Below, piece after piece: positions 10,628 through 25,179 of a DNA stretch of 41,822 bases (position 1 is its first letter; each line of letters begins with the position of its first letter). A program made the translations under genes and the position numbers. The stretch lies in IMG/VR virus record IMGVR_UViG_2897346870_000006; one strand, 5' to 3'. The DNA comes from a virus. Its lineage: Duplodnaviria; Heunggongvirae; Uroviricota; Caudoviricetes. The notes under the pieces are model-generated. The model was not told the origin of the DNA. It did not search any database and saw only the letters and a list, made by a program, of their open reading frames with translations.

Positions 10628-13185
10628 CGTCCACCTCCGGAGAACAGGCCACCATCACGCATCTGTGTCTGAATTTCATCACGGGCACCCTTGCGGGCCA
10701 TGTCATACACCGCCTTCAGAGCAGCCGGACCTATCTGCCCGTTCGTGCCGTCGTTGTTAATCACCACATGGTTATTCTGCTCAAACGTCCCGGACGCCTG
10801 CGACCGGCTGTCAGCCAGACTGCCCGGTGTACCGACATAACCACCGGTGGCATAGCCGCGCATCAGCCGGTAGAGATTCCCCACGCCAATCCGGCTGGTT
10901 GCCTCCTTAGTGAAGACAAATTCACCACGGTGAACAATCCCCGCTGGCTCATATTTGCCGCCGGTTCCCGTAAACCCTCCGGTCGCAAAATGGAATTTCG
11001 CCGCAGCTGCCTGAATGGCTGTACCGCCTGACGCGGATGCGCCGCCACCAACAGCCCCGCCAATGGCGCTGCCGATACTCCCGACAATCCCCACCATTGC
11101 CTGCTTAAGCAGAATTTCTGTCATCATGGACAGCACGGAGCGGGTGAAGCTGCGCCAGTTCTGTTCACTGCCGGTCAGCATCGCCGCCATATTCTGCGCA
11201 ATACCATCAAAGGTCTGCGTGGCTGCACTTTTAACCTGTGACATACTGTCCGTGGCGCTCTCTTCCCACTCACTCCAGCCGGACTTCAGGCCTGCCATCC
11301 AGCTCCCGCGAAGCTGGTCTTCAGCCGCCCAGGTCTTTTTCTGCTCTGACATGACGTTATTCAGCGCCAGAGGATTATCGCCATACTGTTCCTTCAGGCG
11401 CTGTTCCGTGGCTTCCCACGCTGCCTGCCGGTCAGTCAGCCCCCGGTTTTTCGCATCAATGGCTGCCCGTTTTGCCCGTTGCTGCTGTGCGAATTTATCC
11501 GCCTGCTGCGCCAGCGCATTCAGGTGCTCCTGATACGTAACCTTGTCACCAAGTGCAGCCAGCTGGCGTTTGTACTCCAGCGTCTCGTCTTTATGCGCCA
11601 GCAGGGATTTCTCCTGTGCGGACAGCTGGCGACGTTGTGCCGCCTCCTCCAGTACCGCGAACTGACTTTCTGCCTTCCACAAATCCCGGCGCTGCTGGCT
11701 GATTTTCTCATTCGCTCCGGCATGCTTCTCCAGCGTCCGGAGTTCTGCCTGAAGCGTCAGCAGGGCCGCATGAGCACTGTCTTCCTGACGATCGCCCGCA
11801 GACACCTTCACGCCGGACTGTTTCGGCTTTTTCAGCGTCGCTTCATAGTCCTTTTTCGCCGCCGCCATCAGCGTGTTGTAATCTGCCTGCAGAATTTTCC
11901 CGTCCTTCAGTGCCTTGTTCAGTTCTTCCTGACGGGCGGTATATTTCTCCAGCGGCGTCTGCAGCCGTTCGTAAGCCTTCTGCGCCTCTTCGGTATATTT
12001 CAGCCGTGACGCTTCGGTATCGCTCTGCTGCTGCGCATTTTTGTCCTGTTGACTCTGCTGTTCAGCCTTCTTTCGGGCGGCTTCAAGCGCAAGACGGGCC
12101 TTTTTACGATCATCCCAGTAACGCGCCCGCGCTTCATCGTTAACAAAATAATCATCCTTGCGCAGATTCCAGATGTCGTCCGCTTTCTTAAACGCAGCCT
12201 CTGCCTTAATCAGCATCTCCTGAGCGGTATCAGGACGACCAATATCCAGCACCGCATCCCACATGGATTTGAATGCTCGTGCTGTCCTGTCTGCCCAGGT
12301 CTCCAGCGTGCCCATGTTCTCTTTCAGGCGTCGGGTCTGGTCATCAAACCCTTTCGTTGCGGCCTCGTTCGCCGCCTGCAATGCCCCGGCTTCATCGCCG
12401 GAACGCTGCAACTGAGCAACATACGCAATCTGCTCCGCCGTCACGTTACGGAACTGGCGTGCCATCGCCGTCAGTCCCGACGTCGGGTCTGTGGTCAGCT
12501 TCCCGAAGGCTTCAGCGACCTTGTCCACCTCCACGCCGGATGCAGAGGAGAAACGCGCCACACTCTGGCTGATCGCCTCAAACTGCTCACCACCACGCAC
12601 ACCGGCATTCACCAGCGCCGTCAGTGACTCGCTGGTCTGGTTAAACGTCAGCCCTGCCGCCTGCCCGGCTCTGGACAGGACCAGCATACGATCTGCCGTC
12701 AGTCCCGCCTGATTGCCGGAAAGGACCAGCGTTTTGTTGAAATCGGACAGGGTTGAGTTGCCCTGATACCAGGCATACGCCAGCGCACCGGTCGCCACCG
12801 CCAGCGAGGTGGCCCCCACCATCGGCAGGGTGATCGCGCCGGCAAGCCCCCTGAACATGGGGATCATCCCGCCGAAGGAGTCCTTCACCTGACCACCCTG
12901 TTGCAGCAGGATCAGCCACGGGCTTTGCCCGCCTGCAAGCTGCGTGGCCACGTCGGTGAACTGTGCAGGCAGCATACGCATGGCGGCTTTATACTGCCCG
13001 ACGGAAATCCCCGCTTTCTGTGCAGCCAGTGCCTGTCGGCTCAGCGACTGTTCAACGACTGCCGCTGTTTTTTTCGCATCACTTTCCGTACCGGAAAAAT
13101 GACGCCTGACTCTGGCCATCTGCTCGTCAAATCTGGCCGCATCCAGACTTAAATCAACGACCAGATCGCCTACCGGTTCAGCCAT
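10624..13185 (-). CDS. H: Tail tape measure protein H
   Basis: 853 aa, MAEPVGDLVVDLSLDAARFDEQMARVRRHFSG..., long coiled-coil centre and glycine-rich C-terminus. Confidence 0.95.
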   Translation of the reverse strand: MAEPVGDLVVDLSLDAARFDEQMARVRRHFSGTESDAKKTAAVVEQSLSRQALAAQKAGISVGQYKAAMRMLPAQFTDVATQLAGGQSPWLILLQQGGQVKDSFGGMIPMFRGLAGAITLPMVGATSLAVATGALAYAWYQGNSTLSDFNKTLVLSGNQAGLTADRMLVLSRAGQAAGLTFNQTSESLTALVNAGVRGGEQFEAISQSVARFSSASGVEVDKVAEAFGKLTTDPTSGLTAMARQFRNVTAEQIAYVAQLQRSGDEAGALQAANEAATKGFDDQTRRLKENMGTLETWADRTARAFKSMWDAVLDIGRPDTAQEMLIKAEAAFKKADDIWNLRKDDYFVNDEARARYWDDRKKARLALEAARKKAEQQSQQDKNAQQQSDTEASRLKYTEEAQKAYERLQTPLEKYTARQEELNKALKDGKILQADYNTLMAAAKKDYEATLKKPKQSGVKVSAGDRQEDSAHAALLTLQAELRTLEKHAGANEKISQQRRDLWKAESQFAVLEEAAQRRQLSAQEKSLLAHKDETLEYKRQLAALGDKVTYQEHLNALAQQADKFAQQQRAKRAAIDAKNRGLTDRQAAWEATEQRLKEQYGDNPLALNNVMSEQKKTWAAEDQLRGSWMAGLKSGWSEWEESATDSMSQVKSAATQTFDGIAQNMAAMLTGSEQNWRSFTRSVLSMMTEILLKQAMVGIVGSIGSAIGGAVGGGASASGGTAIQAAAAKFHFATGGFTGTGGKYEPAGIVHRGEFVFTKEATSRIGVGNLYRLMRGYATGGYVGTPGSLADSRSQASGTFEQNNHVVINNDGTNGQIGPAALKAVYDMARKGARDEIQTQMRDGGLFSGGGR

Positions 13186-13612
13186 ACCGGACTCCTCCTG
13201 CGATCCCTTCTGATACTGTCATCAGCATTACGTCATCCTCCGTCATGTCCGCCACATCCGGGGAAACGGGGATAACTTCATTCACATCCGGGCCAAAGCG
13301 GACGCCTCCGGCAAGCCCTGCCGCTTTCTGCATCAGCACATCATCTTCAGGCTCTTCGTCAGCCTCGCGCCGGTTCAGCAGACTGAAATCCAGCGGATGC
13401 ATATCCGGATCGCTGAAAAACAGGCTGAGTACGGTGTACGTCAGCCCGGAAAAGTGCATATCCAGCAGAACATCATGAAAATAATGGGTACTGTAAAAGC
13501 GGTGCCAGTCGGCATACTCCGTGGATGACATCCCGGCAAGCATGGCGCGCCAGTCGGGTCGCCCCATCTCACGCGCCAGTTTCAGGGCAAAACTCAGCTC
13601 ACCGTCGAACAC
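13178..13612 (-). CDS. T: T frame of the tail assembly chaperone, expressed as a G-T fusion by -1 frameshift
   Basis: Open frame in -1 relative to G, beginning at the slippery site and ending just inside H; the ORF-track start at 13612 is an apparent GTG, not a true initiation codon. Confidence 0.75.
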   Translation of the reverse strand: MFDGELSFALKLAREMGRPDWRAMLAGMSSTEYADWHRFYSTHYFHDVLLDMHFSGLTYTVLSLFFSDPDMHPLDFSLLNRREADEEPEDDVLMQKAAGLAGGVRFGPDVNEVIPVSPDVADMTEDDVMLMTVSEGIAGGVRYG

Positions 13613-14016
13613 TTTCCCGCAGAAACAGGCTCTGCAGGCCCGGCGTCCTCTGCCTGTTCAGGAGCATCATTCACCACAAACTCATACATACCGGACAGCC
13701 GGTACACCACGTTTTCAGCATGAGAAATTGCCTCCGTGGGCCAGGTGGTAAGCACTTCCTGCTCAATCTGCGTAATGGCTTCATTCATGGACGGCAGCTT
13801 TGTCTTCTGCGGATGGTTATGCCACAGGGACATCGCCACCAGAAACGCCCCGCCTCTGATAAGCTCCTCTACAGACACCTGCAGGTTGCCACTGGATTCA
13901 GCCTTTTTTTCCTGCTCTTTCAACCAGGCAAGATGCTCAATACGCTGCAGGGCTGACAGTTCAGAAAGCGTGACGGTCACACCGTTATGTTCAAATGATT
14001 CGGTTTTCAGGAACAT
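13594..14016 (-). CDS. G: Tail assembly chaperone G
   Basis: 140 aa, MFLKTESFEHNGVTVTLSELSALQRIEHLAWLKEQEKK... ending ...PVSAGKCSTVS. Confidence 0.9.
   Translation of the reverse strand: MFLKTESFEHNGVTVTLSELSALQRIEHLAWLKEQEKKAESSGNLQVSVEELIRGGAFLVAMSLWHNHPQKTKLPSMNEAITQIEQEVLTTWPTEAISHAENVVYRLSGMYEFVVNDAPEQAEDAGPAEPVSAGKCSTVS
13612..13618 (-). promoter_or_regulatory. Programmed -1 ribosomal frameshift slippery heptamer G GGA AAG (G to G-T)
   Basis: The minus strand reads gcg GGA AAG tgt near the 3' end of G (plus strand ctttccc at 13612-13618). Confidence 0.8.
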
Positions 14017-14031
14017 CGCTGACTCTCCGGA

Positions 14032-14772
14032 TTAACTGGCGGTGACGTTGATTTCTGCAACCGCAGCAAGTTCACCATTACCGGATACGACCGGAATGTT
14101 GACCTTGCCTGCAGCAACACCTTTCACGGTGATGGTCATACCACTGACCGACACGGTGGCTTTTGTTTTATCCGCTGACACCGCACGGAAGCTCTTGTCG
14201 GTTGCGCCTTCCGGCTGGAATGCCACGGTCAGCGTGGTGCTCTTCCCTTTCACTACGGAAGCGCTGGCTGGCGTCACGGTCATACCGGTTGCCGCTGTTA
14301 CCGTGCTGCGATCTTCTGCCATCGACGGACGTCCTACGTTGGTGACTTTCACCGTGCGGGTGATCACGTCCTTCGCCGTCACCGCCTTACCGATACTGCT
14401 GACCCAGCCGCGGAACACATCGACCGTGCCGTTCGGGAAGCGGATTTTATAGGCACGGGTATCACCTTCATTAAACCACGCCAGCAGCGCCTGCTGCCCC
14501 TGCTCTCCGGGCATCCACGCCAGCGTGAAGCTGGTATCTCCGGCAGATTTCTGCCCCTGTCCGGTCGCGGTCCAGTCCGCATCTTCATCATCGAGATAAC
14601 TGTCGTCATAGGACTCAGCGGTCAGTTCGCCGGGCGTCAGGTCTTTAACCTTTGCCAGACGCGACCAGTCATTGTCTGAAAGCGGGTTTGCATAAGGGTC
14701 GCCGCTCCCGTTATAAACCCACAGTGTGGTCCCGGCCCCTTTCACCGGTGCCAGAGGATTTGGTGTTGGCAT
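14032..14772 (-). CDS. V: Major tail tube protein V with C-terminal Ig-like domain
   Basis: Start placed at the internal Met ([20 protein letters not shown]...) to give the lambda-like 246 aa; the ORF track extends 10 codons further to 14802. Confidence 0.9.
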   Translation of the reverse strand: MPTPNPLAPVKGAGTTLWVYNGSGDPYANPLSDNDWSRLAKVKDLTPGELTAESYDDSYLDDEDADWTATGQGQKSAGDTSFTLAWMPGEQGQQALLAWFNEGDTRAYKIRFPNGTVDVFRGWVSSIGKAVTAKDVITRTVKVTNVGRPSMAEDRSTVTAATGMTVTPASASVVKGKSTTLTVAFQPEGATDKSFRAVSADKTKATVSVSGMTITVKGVAAGKVNIPVVSGNGELAAVAEINVTAS

Positions 14773-14779
14773 ATCGTCC

Positions 14780-15175
14780 TCACATTTCATAGGTAATGAC
14801 ATAAGTCAGATCGGCTGAACTCCACAGGCCCGCATCATCGTCGCGCCGGTAGTCATAGCCACTGGCCACCATACTGGTGATCAAATCTGACAGTGCCGGG
14901 ATATCGCTCATCACCGGATAAATCCGGGACTCCATCCACGCATCCAGCTCTGAATCCGGCACCTGAGCAGGCAGGAAAACTTCAATATGCAGCTCCGCCT
15001 GCCAGGTATCGCTGTCCAGCTCTTCGCCCGTGTATTCAGCGCCGGTGAGATAAACGGCAATTGCCGGAAAATCTTCCTCATCAAAAACAGCGGGGCGACC
15101 ATCAAAAAGCGTCGCCCCGGTGTCATGCTTCTCCAGTGCATCCAGTACGGCTGCACGGAGTTCAGTATGTTTCAT
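14780..15175 (-). CDS. U: Tail terminator protein U
   Basis: 131 aa, [54 protein letters not shown]... Confidence 0.9.
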   Translation of the reverse strand: MKHTELRAAVLDALEKHDTGATLFDGRPAVFDEEDFPAIAVYLTGAEYTGEELDSDTWQAELHIEVFLPAQVPDSELDAWMESRIYPVMSDIPALSDLITSMVASGYDYRRDDDAGLWSSADLTYVITYEM

Positions 15176-15750
15176 CGCTTTATTACCATTCTCAGTTGAT
15201 GCTGCAGCGCATAGCCCAGCTCTTTCGGAAGACGCTCACGCCGTATCCGCTCAATATTCTGTTTAAACGCCGTGGTCAGCGGCACCGCCATCGGGATTTT
15301 CACCACATCAATGGGGTAACGGTTTTTCCCGGCCACACGCTGCATGACATGCCACCGGCCATTTTTCAGTTGCTGAATAAACGCGCCGGGAATACGACGG
15401 TTTCCCACCACAAGCACGCTGCCGCCACCTTTCAGGGATGAACGCTGCCCCTTTTTACGACGCCTGCGGCGGGACAGGACAACCCGCGCATTACCCAGCT
15501 TGATTACGGGCAAATCCCCCCGGTTAACCCTGATTCTGGCCTGCGGATTTTTGACCGTGGCCCTTTTCAGCCTGGCCCTTTCCTTTACCAGTTTCCGGCG
15601 TACCTTTGTCTCACGGGCAACCTGTGACGCAGACTGCGATATCGCGGATGAAGCAACGCGGTTAATGGCCATTGCGGCGGCACCGGGCACCGCCGTTCTG
15701 CTGATACGGCTGAGGTTTTCAACGGCCTGCTCAAGACCTTTTATGGCCAT
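15172..15750 (-). CDS. Z: Tail completion protein Z
   Basis: 192 aa, MAIKGLEQAVENLSRISRTAVPGAAAMAINRVASSAISQ... Confidence 0.9.
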   Translation of the reverse strand: MAIKGLEQAVENLSRISRTAVPGAAAMAINRVASSAISQSASQVARETKVRRKLVKERARLKRATVKNPQARIRVNRGDLPVIKLGNARVVLSRRRRRKKGQRSSLKGGGSVLVVGNRRIPGAFIQQLKNGRWHVMQRVAGKNRYPIDVVKIPMAVPLTTAFKQNIERIRRERLPKELGYALQHQLRMVIKR

Positions 15751-15761
15751 ACATCCCCCTT

Positions 15762-16115
15762 TCAGCGGCGACGGTTAACGGCAGGCGGTACGCCCCGCCC
15801 AAGCCAGAGATGACAGCTTCCGCCATCATCCGGCGAAATCCGGTCTATCCAGAAGTTTTCCTCACCGATGGTCAGCGTGTCGCCGCGCCGCAGCTGCCGC
15901 ACCTCATCAGTCCGGACAAACAGGGACGGGCTGGAGCCTTCAACGCGCACGCCCTGTCCGGCATAGCTGATATTTTCAGGGTCATCAAAAACACCACGTA
16001 TCACAGCACCGGACTGCTCACCGGATGTCATGGTGGCTGACGTTCCCATGTACCCGCGTATCGTTTCATCGGCGCAGGCAATGGCAGCATCGAACAGGTT
16101 ATCGAAATCAGCCAC
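15762..16115 (-). CDS. FII: Head-tail joining protein FII
   Basis: 117 aa, MADFDNLFDAAIACADETIRGYMGTSATMTSGEQSGAVIRGVFDDPENISYAGQGVRVEG... Confidence 0.9.
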   Translation of the reverse strand: MADFDNLFDAAIACADETIRGYMGTSATMTSGEQSGAVIRGVFDDPENISYAGQGVRVEGSSPSLFVRTDEVRQLRRGDTLTIGEENFWIDRISPDDGGSCHLWLGRGVPPAVNRRR

Positions 16116-16126
16116 AGCGCCTCCCG

Positions 16127-16522
16127 TTATTGCATTCTGGCCAGGCCGCGCTCTGTCATTTCAGCTGCCACACCGGCAGAGACACGGAACGCCGTTCCCG
16201 GCAGCACAAATGCCACAGCCTCATCCCGCGTGGCGTGAAGTGCATCAGTATGCAGCGTCACCAGTGCCACAACCGTGACCAGATCAGCCGTATCAGTCAC
16301 GGTATCCGGCTGCGCTGATACAACCTCATTTTCATGTCCGGTCAGCACATTTTCCGGGCTGAGAGGGGTCTCCTGACCGGCAGTGTCGCCCGTGTCATCA
16401 AGCTCTTCTTCCAGCTCTGCCACACGGAGCGCCAGTTCTTCTTTCGTCCCCGTCAGGCTGATATCACGGTTCAGTTGTTCACCCAGCGAGCGGAGACGGG
16501 CAATCAGTTCATCTTTCGTCAT
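16127..16522 (-). CDS. FI: DNA-packaging protein FI
   Basis: Start placed at MTKDELIARLRSLGEQLNRD...; the ORF track extends 13 codons further upstream. Confidence 0.85.
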   Translation of the reverse strand: MTKDELIARLRSLGEQLNRDISLTGTKEELALRVAELEEELDDTGDTAGQETPLSPENVLTGHENEVVSAQPDTVTDTADLVTVVALVTLHTDALHATRDEAVAFVLPGTAFRVSAGVAAEMTERGLARMQ

Positions 16523-16563
16523 GGACTCCTCCACAGAGAAACAATGGCCCCGAAGGGCCATGA

Positions 16564-17589
16564 TTACGCCAGTTGTACAGACACGAACTCATCAGGGTCA
16601 GCCAGCAGCATCAGCGGTGCTGACTGAATCATGGTGAACTCACGCGCCGGGTCGCCGGTGGTCACCCAGTTTTTCGGGTAACGGGCAGAGGCGTTAATGC
16701 CTTCGCGCTGTGCGTCCGCATCCTGAATGCAACCATAGGTGCGCAGACCGCGTGCCTGAGTGTTCCCCAGCACCATCGTGTTGTCCGGCAGGAAGTTCTT
16801 TTTGACGCCGTTTTCCACGTACTGTCCGGAATACACGACGATGGCCACATCGCCATACATTCCCTTATAAGACACCGCTTTGCCCAGGTCTTTTACCGCT
16901 GTCTCCAGCTCGGAATGAGAGCCGCGACGGGTATCCAGCTTCTCCCTGACGGCCTTGAAGGAACGGAACAGCGCCCAGCCTTTCGGATCAAACACGATGA
17001 TATTCACCACACCGCTGGCGTTCAGCGCGTAGGCTTCGATATCGTCGGTCGGGTCATACGTGGACTTGTCACGCTTGCTCCACTCCGTGCCGCCGGACTG
17101 CGTGATGTTATTCGCCGCACTGCGGCCCATATCCACCTCAACCGGATCGAAGGCTTCACCGGTCATGGTGTATTTGCCCTTAAGCACGGCAGAAACTGCC
17201 TGCATCTCTTCGACCTGGGCAATCGCCAGATTTTCATCCAGCATATTCTGCCGAATAATACGGCGACGACGGTAAGCCGGGTCAGCCAGGTTCTGCGGAT
17301 CTTCATCCGGCAGGCGACGCAGGGTCATCTGCGGATTCACCTCATGCTTGGGTTTGACATAACCCGGCGTAAATTCAGAGGTGGAGCCGCCACGGGATCG
17401 GATAACCTCACCGGAAACAATCGGCGAAACGTACAGCGCCATGTTTACCAGTCCCGGAATTTGTGAGAGATAGACTTTTTCCGTGGTGAAAGGATAGGTT
17501 TCACGGAAAAACAGGCGCAGAAACAGCGGATCGAACTTAAAGTGATGCTGGGTCGATGCCAGTAATTCTGCAGTTGTATATACAGACAT
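16564..17589 (-). CDS. E: Major capsid protein E
   Basis: 341 aa, ...FKFDPLFLRLFFRETYPFTTEKVYLSQIPGLVNMALYVSPIVSGEVIRSRGG... Confidence 0.95.
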   Translation of the reverse strand: MSVYTTAELLASTQHHFKFDPLFLRLFFRETYPFTTEKVYLSQIPGLVNMALYVSPIVSGEVIRSRGGSTSEFTPGYVKPKHEVNPQMTLRRLPDEDPQNLADPAYRRRRIIRQNMLDENLAIAQVEEMQAVSAVLKGKYTMTGEAFDPVEVDMGRSAANNITQSGGTEWSKRDKSTYDPTDDIEAYALNASGVVNIIVFDPKGWALFRSFKAVREKLDTRRGSHSELETAVKDLGKAVSYKGMYGDVAIVVYSGQYVENGVKKNFLPDNTMVLGNTQARGLRTYGCIQDADAQREGINASARYPKNWVTTGDPAREFTMIQSAPLMLLADPDEFVSVQLA

Positions 17590-17644
17590 AAATTATTTCC
17601 ATAAAAAAAGCCGCACAGGCGGCCTTTGTTGATGAAGGGGAAGA

Positions 17645-17977
17645 TTAAACGATGCTGATTGCCGTTCCGGCAAACGCGGTCCGTTTTTTAGTCTCGTCGC
17701 TGGCAGCCTCCGGCCAGAGCACATCCTCATAACGGAACGAGCCGGACTTGTAGAACGTCAGTGTGGTGCTGGTCTGGTCAGCAGCAACCGCCAGAATGCC
17801 AACGGCAGCACCGTCGGTGGTGCCATCCCACACAACCAGCTTACGGGTAGTGCCATCCAGCATCAGCGGGGTCATTGCAGGCGTTTTCGCACTCAATCCG
17901 CCAGGCGCAATTGCTGTATGAGCCGGATCACTGTTACCCAGCGGCTGGTAATGGTTAAACTCTTCTTTTGTCGCCAT
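17645..17977 (-). CDS. D: Head decoration protein D
   Basis: 110 aa, [42 protein letters not shown]... ending AGTAISIV. Confidence 0.95.
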   Translation of the reverse strand: MATKEEFNHYQPLGNSDPAHTAIAPGGLSAKTPAMTPLMLDGTTRKLVVWDGTTDGAAVGILAVAADQTSTTLTFYKSGSFRYEDVLWPEAASDETKKRTAFAGTAISIV

Positions 17978-17986
17978 AACTGCCTC

Positions 17987-19298
17987 TTATACCGGTAAAG
18001 CTTCAGGTGTATTAAGTAATTCTTTATTGGTATCAGATGCCAGGTTACCTGCAGCCAGCGGTGCCGGTGCCCCCTGCATCAGACGATCCAGCGCAGTGTC
18101 ACTGCGCGCCTGTGCACTCTGTGGTGCTGCAGCCAGAATGCGGCGGGCCGTTTCCACGGTCATTCCGGGGGTTTCTGCCAGAACGCGCGCCTGTTCTTCG
18201 CGTCCGTGAGCCTCCTCACAGTTGAGGATCCCCATAATGCGGCTGTTTTCTGCCGCAACCGCTGCGGTGATCTGCGCGTTCACGTCCGGCTGCGCCGCGC
18301 TGGCGTTTTCGCCCTCCGTCGCTGGCACCACGTCAGTAACGTCAGCCTGCGAAGCAGTGGCTGAAACAGTTGTTGATTGAGTCTCTTTGGTCATTCGCCC
18401 TCCTGAGAGACGGGATTTACGCGCATCCAGTGCATCACGCATGACGGTGATCGCATCGGTGCTGTTAACAAGTTCATCAGCCAGTCCGGCATCAATGGCC
18501 TCCTGACCGCTGTACACTGCAGCCTCGGTATCCAGCACAGCCTGCACGGACAGGCCGGTATATGCCGACACCTTCTGCGCAAACATCTGGCGGGTTGCGT
18601 CCATCCGGGACTGCAGTGTCTCCCGGACGTCATCCGGAAGATGGCTGTAGGGATTGCCATCCACCTTATGGCTGCCGCTGTAAATCAGCGTGATTTCCAC
18701 ACCCTGTTTCTCCAGGGCAGCACCGTAATTACTGTGAGCCATCATGACGCCGATGGAGCCTGTCCGGGCGGTCTGCGTGACCAGGCGCCGGGAGGCGGCA
18801 CTGGCAAGCAGCTGACCTGCACTGCAGTTCATGTCGTTGGCCAGCGCCCATACCGGTTTTATGTCACGCACACGGGCGATGATGTCAGCGCAGTCAAATG
18901 CCCCCGCCACCATTCCGCCTGGCGTGTCCATATCGAGCAGAATGCCGTCCACCATCGGGTCGCTGGCAGCCTGTTGCAGACGGGCGATAATGCCGTTGTA
19001 ACCGGTCATCCCCGAGTACGGCTGCAGCGCCCGCGTCCGGCTGACCAGCGTGCCGGACACCGGCAGCACGGCGATGCCGTTCATGACCTGATAACTGCAG
19101 GCCTGTCGTGGTCCGTCATCATCACCGGATAATGCCAGCGTCGCGAGTGCCTCCTGGGCAGTCAGGCTGTCGCCGGACACCGCATCCGTCAGGCGGCTGA
19201 TCCCAAGCTGGCCTGCAAGCGCACAAAAGAAAACCCGCGCATAGGCGGGTTCAAGCATCAGCGGCTCATTAAAGGCCATGCTGGCAATATGCGGGAGA

Positions 19299-19318
<20 letters not shown>
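17987..19318 (-). CDS. C: Prohead protease/scaffold protein C, with nested in-frame Nu3 scaffold
   Basis: Homology to lambda gpC begins at (V)TAELRNLPHIASMAFNEPLMLEPAYARVFFCALAG, implying a GTG start at 19318 that overlaps the B stop by 20 bp; the ORF-track extension to 19453 is probably not translated. Confidence 0.85.
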
Positions 19319-22999
<3,681 letters not shown>

Positions 23000-23025
<26 letters not shown>

Positions 23026-23545
23026 TCAGCAACCCCGGTATCAGTTCATCCAGCGCGGCTGCTTTGTTCATGGCTTTGATGATATCCCGTTTCAGGAAAT
23101 CAACATGTCGGTTTTCCAGTTCCGGAAAACGCCGCTGCACCGACAGGGGGATCCCGTCGAGAATACTGGCAATTTCACCTGCGATCCGCGACAGCACGAA
23201 AGTACAGAATGCGGTTTCCACCACTTCAGCGGAGTCTCTGGCATTTTTCAGCTCCTGTGCGTCGGCCTGTGCACGCGTAAGTCGGTGGCGTTCGTACTCA
23301 ATAGTCCCTGGCTGGAGATCTGTCTCGCTGGCCTGCCGCAGTTCTTCAACTTCCCGGCGCAGCTTTTCGTTCTCAATTTCAGCATCCCTTTCGGCATACC
23401 ATTTTATAACGGCGGCAGAGTCATAAAGCACCTCATTACCCTTGCCACCGCCTCGCAGAACGGGCATTCCCTGTTCCTGCCAGTTCTGAATGGTACGGAT
23501 ACTCGCACCGAAAATGTCAGCCAGCTGCTTTTTGTTGACTTCCAT
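23000..23545 (-). CDS. nu1: Terminase small subunit Nu1
   Basis: 181 aa, MEVNKKQLADIFGASIRTIQNWQEQGMPVLRGGGKGNEVLYDSAAVIKWYAERD...; overlaps the start of A. Confidence 0.95.
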
Positions 23546-23770
23546 TGTTCATTCCACGGACAAAAACAGAAAAAGGAAACGACAGAGGCCAAAAAGCTCG
23601 CTTTCAGCACCTGTCGTTTCCTTTCTTTTCAGAGGGTATTTTAAATAAAAACATTAAGTTATGACGAAGAAGAACGGAAACGCCTTAAACCGGAAAATTT
23701 TCATAAATAGCGAAAACCCGCGAGGTCGCCGCCCCGTAACCTGTCGGATCGCCGGAAAGGACCCGCAAAA
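23546..23770. other. cos region: cosB (23546-23722), cosN (23723-23734, 12-nt cohesive end GGGCGGCGACCT on the minus strand), cosQ side to about 23770
   Basis: The reverse complement of 23546-23734 reads GGGCGGCGACCTCGCGGGTTTTCGCTATTTATGAAAATTTTCCGGTTTAAGGCG... matching the lambda left end; the adjacent sequence cgtaacctgtcggatc matches the lambda right end. Confidence 0.85.
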
Positions 23771-23933
23771 TGATAATAATTATCATCTACATGTCACAAC
23801 GTGCATCTACGCCATCAAACCACGTCAAATAATCAATTATGACGCAGGTATCGTATTAATTGATCTGCATCAACTTAACGTAAAAACAACTTCAGACAAT
23901 ACAAATCAGCGACACTGAATACAGGGCAACCTC

Positions 23934-24167
23934 ATGTCAACGAAGAACAGAACCCGCAGAACAACAACCCGCAACATCCGCTTTCCTAACCAAATGATTG
24001 AACAAATTAACATCGCTCTTGTTCAAAAAGGGTCCGGGAATTTCTCAGCCTGGGTCATTGAAGCCTGCCGCCGGAGACTGTGCTCAGAAAAAAGAGTTTC
24101 GCCTGAAGCAAACAAAGAAAAGAGTGACATTACTGAATTGCTCAGAAAACAGGTTAGACCAGATTGA
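23934..24167 (+). CDS. Hypothetical basic protein (77 aa) on the right-end side of cos
   Basis: ORF MSTKNRTRRTTTRNIRFPNQMIEQINIALVQKG... in DNA that resembles the lambda right-end region; function unknown. Confidence 0.35.
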   Translation: MSTKNRTRRTTTRNIRFPNQMIEQINIALVQKGSGNFSAWVIEACRRRLCSEKRVSPEANKEKSDITELLRKQVRPD

Positions 24168-24209
24168 AGCAATCTAGATAATCGTGCAGACTACGCCCCC
24201 TCATATCAC

Positions 24210-24635
24210 ATGGAAGGTACTACAATGGCTCAGGTTGCCATTTTTAAACAAATATTCGATAAAGTGCGAAATAATTTAAACTATCACTGGTTTTATTCTG
24301 AACTAAAACGTCACAATGTCTCACATTACATTTACTATTTAGCCACAGAGAATATTCATCTTGTTCTTGAAAACGATAATACGGTTTTAATAAAAGGACA
24401 GGGTAAGGTTGTAAATGTAAGATTTTCAAAAAATAAATGCCTTATAGAAGCCACCTTAAAAGGATTCAAATCAGGAGAGTTATCATTTTACGAATACAGG
24501 AAAAATCTTGCTACAGCAGGGGTTTTCAGATGGATTACAAATATCCACGAAAACAAAAGGTATTACTATACCTTTGATAATTCATTACTCTTTACTGAGA
24601 ACATTCAGAACACTACACAAATATTTCCGCACTAA
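24210..24635 (+). CDS. DUF1398-family protein (YbcV-like)
   Basis: 141 aa; its position between cos and the lysis cassette on the opposite strand matches ybcV of DLP12-type prophages; family assignment is from memory. Confidence 0.5.
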   Translation: MEGTTMAQVAIFKQIFDKVRNNLNYHWFYSELKRHNVSHYIYYLATENIHLVLENDNTVLIKGQGKVVNVRFSKNKCLIEATLKGFKSGELSFYEYRKNLATAGVFRWITNIHENKRYYYTFDNSLLFTENIQNTTQIFPH

Positions 24636-24921
24636 ATCATAACGTCCGGTTTCTTCCGTGCCAGAACCGGACTCGCTGGCATGATGAAATATGTGTACCC
24701 GGTAACCCCGGTGTGCATCGTTTTTGATTATTCCCGCACACTCGCGCAGAAGGAGTTCCCCGTCGGGCTACGGTCTCTGTTAATACGGGAACACGGCGAC
24801 GATACAGCGCATGATGTGTCAGGCTTGAATACCTTTATCCTTTAAAAGGGATATCAGTTAAGTTATCCCGTGTAGGGTATAAGCCATTATCAAGCCCACC
24901 CGTAGATAGGCTTTGTAATGG

Positions 24922-25179
24922 CTACTTCGCTTTTGCTTCCGCTCGCTTACGCCGGCGCTCTTCTTTCCTCTCGGCTTTTGCCATGTCCATGAATGCCTGC
25001 ATGATCGAGTTCCGCATCATGTAGCTAACAAAGTGATGATTGACACAGCCGTTGAGGCGCAGCTGCTCGCCAAACTCATCCACCGAGGCCAATGCTTCCA
25101 TCATGCCCTTCTCGCCTTTCATGAACTCTGAGAAGTCGCGCCCCGCTCTGGAGGCGCATTCAATAACACGATCACTCAT
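24922..25179 (-). CDS. Hypothetical protein (85 aa) with basic C-terminal tail
   Basis: Translationally coupled to the upstream KilA-N gene (4-nt overlap); lysine/arginine-rich C-terminus ERKEERRRKRAEAKAK. Confidence 0.4.
   Translation of the reverse strand: MSDRVIECASRAGRDFSEFMKGEKGMMEALASVDEFGEQLRLNGCVNHHFVSYMMRNSIMQAFMDMAKAERKEERRRKRAEAKAK

Noticed and set aside
9399-12009. Long plus-strand ORFs antisense to K, L, M and H
   Set aside because: They overlap confidently identified lambda tail genes on the other strand and have non-protein-like composition.
23661-23918. 85-aa plus-strand ORF across the cos region
   Set aside because: It overlaps the cos DNA with no ribosome-binding site; likely non-coding.
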